Below, piece after piece: positions 60,175-64,000 of a stretch of 64,000 nucleotides of DNA; within the stretch, counting starts at the first letter, position 1; each line of letters starts with the position of its first letter. Location: assembly GCA_040755455.1 (NCBI GenBank), contig JBFMAY010000002.1, positions 32,001 to 96,000 on the forward strand. Direction: 5' to 3'. A model generated the notes under the pieces. It ran no database searches. It saw only the letters and a program-made list of their open reading frames with translations, and was not told the origin of the DNA. A program made the translations under genes and the position numbers. The DNA comes from Thermodesulfobacteriota bacterium (GTDB lineage: Bacteria > Desulfobacterota > Desulfobulbia > Desulfobulbales > SURF-16).

Positions 60175-60823
60175 ACCGGTCTCCGCGTGGGGCGCCGCCG
60201 TGACGGCAGATGCCGATCAATGCGGGAAATGGCGGACCGCCGCACCGCAAGAGTGGTTAGGGAGGGATGGGGTTTGGGGCAGTACATCGCCGTTGTCCCC
60301 GGGTCTCCCGAAGGCGGGAAGCGCTGGCGCTCCACCCGGAGGCCGGTCGGATTGAACTTGGCAGTGTGGGAAAAACAGCAATGAGGTTGTAACTGAGGGA
60401 ATAGATAATCTCTAACCGGTCTCCGCGTGGGGCGCCGCCGTGACGGCAGATGCCGATCAATGCGGGAAATGGCGGACCGCCGCACCGCAAGAGTGGTTAG
60501 GGAGGGATGGGGGTTTGTGGCAGTACATCGCCGTTGTCCCCGGATCTCCCGAAGGCGGGAAGCGCTGGCGCTCCACCCGGAGGCCGGTTAGAGCAAGCAT
60601 AATGATGTAAAAAGAAAAACAAGGCTGCAACTGAGAGGACAAAATTTCGACCGGTCTCCGCGTGGGGCGCCGCCGTGACGGCAGATGCCGATCAATGCGG
60701 GAAATGGCGGACCGCCGCACCGCAAGAGTGGTTAGGGAGGGATGGGGGTTTGTGGCAGTACATCGCCGTTGTCCCCGGATCTCCCGAAGGCGGGAAGCGC
60801 TGGCGCTCCACCCGGAGGCCGGC
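60175..60823 (+). repeat. Array of three ~174-nt near-identical self-complementary elements (60175-60347, 60415-60588, 60650-60823) with 67- and 61-nt spacers
   Basis: Direct comparison: copies 2 and 3 differ only at the last base; copy 1 differs from copy 2 by one indel and two substitutions. Confidence 0.97.
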
Positions 60824-60853
60824 CGGATATCTCTCAGGTTGGCCCATGAGACA

Positions 60854-61807
60854 ATGGCCCACATGATAAAAGGCTTTTATAACGACCTGCTTTTTTACGG
60901 TCACAACAGAGTGCGGCTCGACCGGGGCTGGCGCCCTAATCTCATCGTCGGGGGCTGCAACCGGCTGCTGGCCGCGCTGATGAAAGGCCAGCAGGGGCTT
61001 GGCGGCATCCTGTATCTGGCGGTGGGCGAGGGGTTCAAAGAGTGGGATGCGGCCCTGCCGCAGCCGCAGCCGGCCAGCACCAGGCTCTATAAGGAAATCC
61101 TGCGCCGCCCCATCGCAACCGAGCAGATCATTTTCCTGGACAGCACGGGTCAGCCGGCCGCCACGCCAACCGGCCGCCTGCAGATCAGCATCGAACTGAC
61201 CCGGGAGGATTTCCCGGCCAACGGCTTCCAGCCGGTCAGGGAATTCGGGCTGTTCGGCGGCAATGCCACGGCAGATGCCGACAGCGGTTTCATGATCAAC
61301 CATGTCATGCATCCCCGCATCGACATCACGCAAGGACTGACCCTGTGCCGGGTCCTGCGTCTCGATTTTTCCCAGGGGCCGGCCGTCCAAGAGGAAATCC
61401 GGGGCTTCGGCGCCGGCCTCGCGGCGCGCAGCATTGACGGCGTGGGAGATATCTATGGCCCGGCGCTGGCCACGGCCGGGGTCAACGTGCTGGGCGACTT
61501 CCTGGCCATGAACCCCCTTGCGCCACCGGCCGGCATTCCTGCCGTGAAACTGCGGGAATTCCGCGCCAAGGCCAGGATGGTCATGGCACTCAAGGTAGGC
61601 CTCGCCCCCTTTGCCGCCCTGTCCCATATCAACATCAGCCAACTGCTCAAGGAAAATCCCCAGACCCTGGCCGGCATGGCCAATACCTTTACGGTATCCG
61701 CGGAAATGGTGGCGGATCTGCAGGAGGAACTGATGCCCCTGCAGGTAGCGCTGGATGATGAGCAGTTACAGCAGCTGACCCTGGCCAGTCTGGTGCAGGA
61801 ATCGTAA
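60854..61807 (+). CDS. Paralog of 57758-58285 with an extra C-terminal HhH/DUF4332-like domain
   Basis: Colinear similarity (KG.Y.D.L, GW..N.IV..C..LLA..M, PT.RLQI, REFGLFG, MIN...H..I); 'IDGVGDIYGPALATAGV'. Confidence 0.78.
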   Translation: MAHMIKGFYNDLLFYGHNRVRLDRGWRPNLIVGGCNRLLAALMKGQQGLGGILYLAVGEGFKEWDAALPQPQPASTRLYKEILRRPIATEQIIFLDSTGQPAATPTGRLQISIELTREDFPANGFQPVREFGLFGGNATADADSGFMINHVMHPRIDITQGLTLCRVLRLDFSQGPAVQEEIRGFGAGLAARSIDGVGDIYGPALATAGVNVLGDFLAMNPLAPPAGIPAVKLREFRAKARMVMALKVGLAPFAALSHINISQLLKENPQTLAGMANTFTVSAEMVADLQEELMPLQVALDDEQLQQLTLASLVQES

Positions 61808-62155
61808 AAGAGAGGGCGACCGCAAACCAGGCAGGCACTCATGATGGAGCCTCATCCGTTGAAAAAAGCAGCCGCACATTTTGGAGGGAAGGGGTTGGAC
61901 GGCAGGGGCCGTGCTTGAAATATTACTCTGCCCCCCTGTTGCTGCGGGGACAAAGTATCTGATATCGACCGGCCCGTTGCGAGGGATTGCATAACAATTT
62001 ATGCCGGCCCGGCCCGCCCCAGGGGCTGGAATTCGTGATTGCACCCAATGGACAGGGGCTCAGCCACCTCTGCCGCAATTTACTCCGATGCGGTGCAGAA
62101 ACTGTTGCCAGAACAGCAAAAACCTTGGGGAACCGGTCACCGGCAAACCTCAAGA

Positions 62156-62335
62156 CTATAACTGATCAAAATCCTCATCAGCAGGGGGAGGAACATAAGT
62201 CATCAGGCTTTCCGGATAGCCCTCTTCCCCGGCTTGGATATTGTAAAGAACATTATTAAATGCGCATTTTTCATCCTGCCATAAATGGCAACTCGTGCCT
62301 TCGCAGGTTCCGCCGTAATAAGGACACTCTTTCAT
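62156..62335 (-). CDS. Small acidic Cys-rich protein (59 aa)
   Basis: GGAGG RBS; CPYYGGTC....C..W....C. Confidence 0.6.
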   Translation of the reverse strand: MKECPYYGGTCEGTSCHLWQDEKCAFNNVLYNIQAGEEGYPESLMTYVPPPADEDFDQL

Positions 62336-62948
62336 TTTTATTACCTCCACAAGTGGAACAGCAGCACATCACTTAAAATAAAAACGGCACATCTTTGCGG
62401 TTGTTTGCCCTCATGACCAAGGCTTTTGCCCTGCCACAGAGTTGGGGAAAAAACCATATCTTTTTTACAGGACCTCCAACAACCATTTCGTCATTTTATG
62501 ATGTGACAACTCTGTGCCCCGTCATGTTCCACCTCATCTGATGCAAAATAAATCTGCCCCTTTTTCGGGACGCAAAAAGGACATGTTGGGAGACTAAATA
62601 AACTTTATCAGAGGACGAGAGTTTTATACAAGGGAATTAACATCTGAAAAAAAAAATTACCGGGATCTGCCCGCAATCAGCTCAAGTCGCCCTTGACCGA
62701 GGGCAAAAAACGAATATGGCGGCGCTGGGGCAACAACAAGGGCAGATCAGCAGAGAATGGCAGGCGTTGGGCCCACCCGGCAACCTCTTCGGGAAGCGCC
62801 CAGAAACCACAACGCGGGGGAAGGGGCTCGAGGCAACCGTGGATACCTCTCGGCCATGGAGGATATGAAAAGTCCTGTCGCCTGAGCGGTAATCGTTAGT
62901 AGCCCGCACCCTTTTGCAATAGGACTGCAGGATATAGACATAACCCAT

Positions 62949-62982
62949 AAAAAAAGGTTTGCCCTTTTATCGGCAAACCTTT
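62949..62982 (-). terminator. Rho-independent terminator after tRNA-Arg
   Basis: Minus strand AAAGGTTTGCC-loop-GGCAAACCTTT followed by a T run. Confidence 0.8.
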
Positions 62983-62992
62983 GTCATTACTA

Positions 62993-63069
62993 TGGTGGGC
63001 GAGACGGGATTCGAACCCACGACCTTTGGCTTCGGAGGCCAACGCTCTATCCAGCTGAGCTACCCGCCC
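62993..63069 (-). tRNA. tRNA-Arg (anticodon CCG)
   Basis: GGGCGGGTAGCTCAGCTGGATAGAGCGTTGGCCTCCGAAGCCAAAGGTCGTGGGTTCGAATCCCGTCTCGCCCACCA: 77-nt cloverleaf with encoded CCA. Confidence 0.97.
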
Positions 63070-63694
63070 ACAGATCATATTTGCATCCATTTACCATGAA
63101 TCAACCTGACCGTAAAGATTTTTGTCCGCGCAGCCGGCGTCCCATATCGAAAAGTTCCTTGCCTGTATTTATTTGCATTGTTCCTGCCAGCTGAACTGTC
63201 CGATTTCTCTGAGGCGTTCCAGGTTCCACTCCTGCCAAGACAGAAACAACATCTGCTTGTCAGCCAAATACAATCAAATAGGAAACCAAAATATCCCATT
63301 TTGGGAATAACCCAGCAATTTTTAATAACAAATAAGATAATTTTTTAAAAAATTACCCTTGACTTTTAAATGCCACATTGTATTACATGAAGTGCTTATC
63401 CCCATCATTACGGCAGAGTACCTGACGGGTCACGGACCAGCTGGCGGTCGGCAGATCAACCTGTTACCCTAACTAACCTATTGAAATCCCGGCCAGTCTC
63501 CGCAGTCCTGAGACCGGGCGAAAATTGCAGAATAAAAAACCAGGGAAAAACAATTCGTTACATAGACCAAATCTCTTGACAGCATGATTTCCCATCGGCT
63601 ACGTTAACCGTTAATAGCAGCCTTGGCAGGAGTTTTTCCATCCCAGGGAGAATACCCCCAGGAATTGCATCACCAAAAGATTTCTCAACAACGC

Positions 63695-64000
63695 ATGCAC
63701 CCTTTTGCATCCTTGAAAATGACCGTTAAAACAAAGGCGATCCTGCTCGTCACTTCGCTCATCACCGCACTTTCGCTCTTTTACTCCCTCCACCAGGTTT
63801 CAACATACAACAAACAGATATCTGCTTATCTTATTGAGGAGAAGAAGGATTTTCAGCACGTCTTCACCTCCACCCAGAATTTTTATTTTTCCGTTTACAA
63901 CAACTGGCTCAGCAACTTTATCGCGAGCAACCCGGAAAATATCAAGGCATTTGCCGAACGGGACAGGGAGAAACTTTACCGGCTTACCCGGCCCATGTAT
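63695..64000 (+). CDS. N-terminal part of a membrane sensor with a probable Cache-type domain (runs off the window)
   Basis: Open frame MHPFASLKMTVKTKAILLV(TM)...IKAFAERDREKLYRLTRPMY to the window end. Confidence 0.7.
   Translation, partial: MHPFASLKMTVKTKAILLVTSLITALSLFYSLHQVSTYNKQISAYLIEEKKDFQHVFTSTQNFYFSVYNNWLSNFIASNPENIKAFAERDREKLYRLTRPMY

Larger units (their letters stand above)
40200..61807 (+). other. Contractile injection system (eCIS; Afp/PVC-related) gene cluster
   Basis: Co-oriented sheath, tube, cap, AAA+ ATPase, hub, spike, gp25, baseplate and fibre genes; no capsid, terminase, portal or integrase. Confidence 0.92.

Noticed and set aside
60380..60650. Hammerhead ribozyme in the spacers (CTGAG motifs)
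   Set aside because: The CUGANGA...GAAA core is not met.
60175..60823. CRISPR array or retron msr-msd interpretation of the triple repeat
   Set aside because: Units of ~174 nt are far longer than CRISPR repeats, the spacers resemble each other (GAAAAACA...AACTGAG), and there is no cas or reverse transcriptase gene in the window.
60096..60866. ORFs across the repeats, including the 60662 start of the 381-aa ORF
   Set aside because: These are Arg-rich translations of GC-rich repeats; similarity to the paralog begins only at ~60854-60863.
40200..61807. Prophage or T6SS
   Set aside because: No capsid, portal, terminase or integrase, and no TssJLM, TssBC pair or ClpV; the DUF4255-like cap plus Afp15-like ATPase indicate an eCIS.
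62540..62600. c-di-GMP-I riboswitch (GGGACGCAAA)
   Set aside because: Lacks the upstream GGCAAAC stem with GNRA loop and the second hairpin.
61808..63069. CIS as an island integrated at tRNA-Arg
   Set aside because: The tRNA 3' end faces the locus, but I found no integrase and no duplicated tRNA 3' end by eye, and the CIS composition looks host-like.

Overview
Chromosomal window from a GC-rich anaerobe; the gene content suggests a Desulfobacterota/Desulfobulbales-like organism (inference). Left to right it holds: (i) lptG-like, a small Fe-S protein/ATPase pair, TauE and a LivK-like binding protein; (ii) an apparent integrase-less integron remnant (~4.96-9.16 kb, minus strand) with a Pc-like promoter, an attI-like GTT junction, one intact and one or two decayed attC sites, a 3.3-kb cassette encoding an NTPase-TPR-TIR (NLR-like) protein and a vapBC cassette with a doubly frameshifted toxin; (iii) envelope, metabolic and signalling genes (triheme class III cytochrome c, MglAB, cardiolipin synthase, ErcA-like ADH + hybrid kinase + sigma54 activator + receiver + MCP, diguanylate cyclase, modABC, fused CoA-dehydratase activase, two PilZ proteins, PAS-LuxR); (iv) a ~21.6-kb operon (40.2-61.8 kb) for a headless contractile injection system (eCIS) behind a sigma54 promoter, with a candidate effector/immunity pair, no recognisable PAAR or lysis genes, and an embedded array of three ~174-nt near-identical elements that fold into long stems with co-varying flanks (candidate novel structured RNA or REPIN/MITE array); (v) tRNA-Arg(CCG) and the start of a Cache-domain sensor. 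All product calls come from motif recognition by eye; no searches or folding programs were run.
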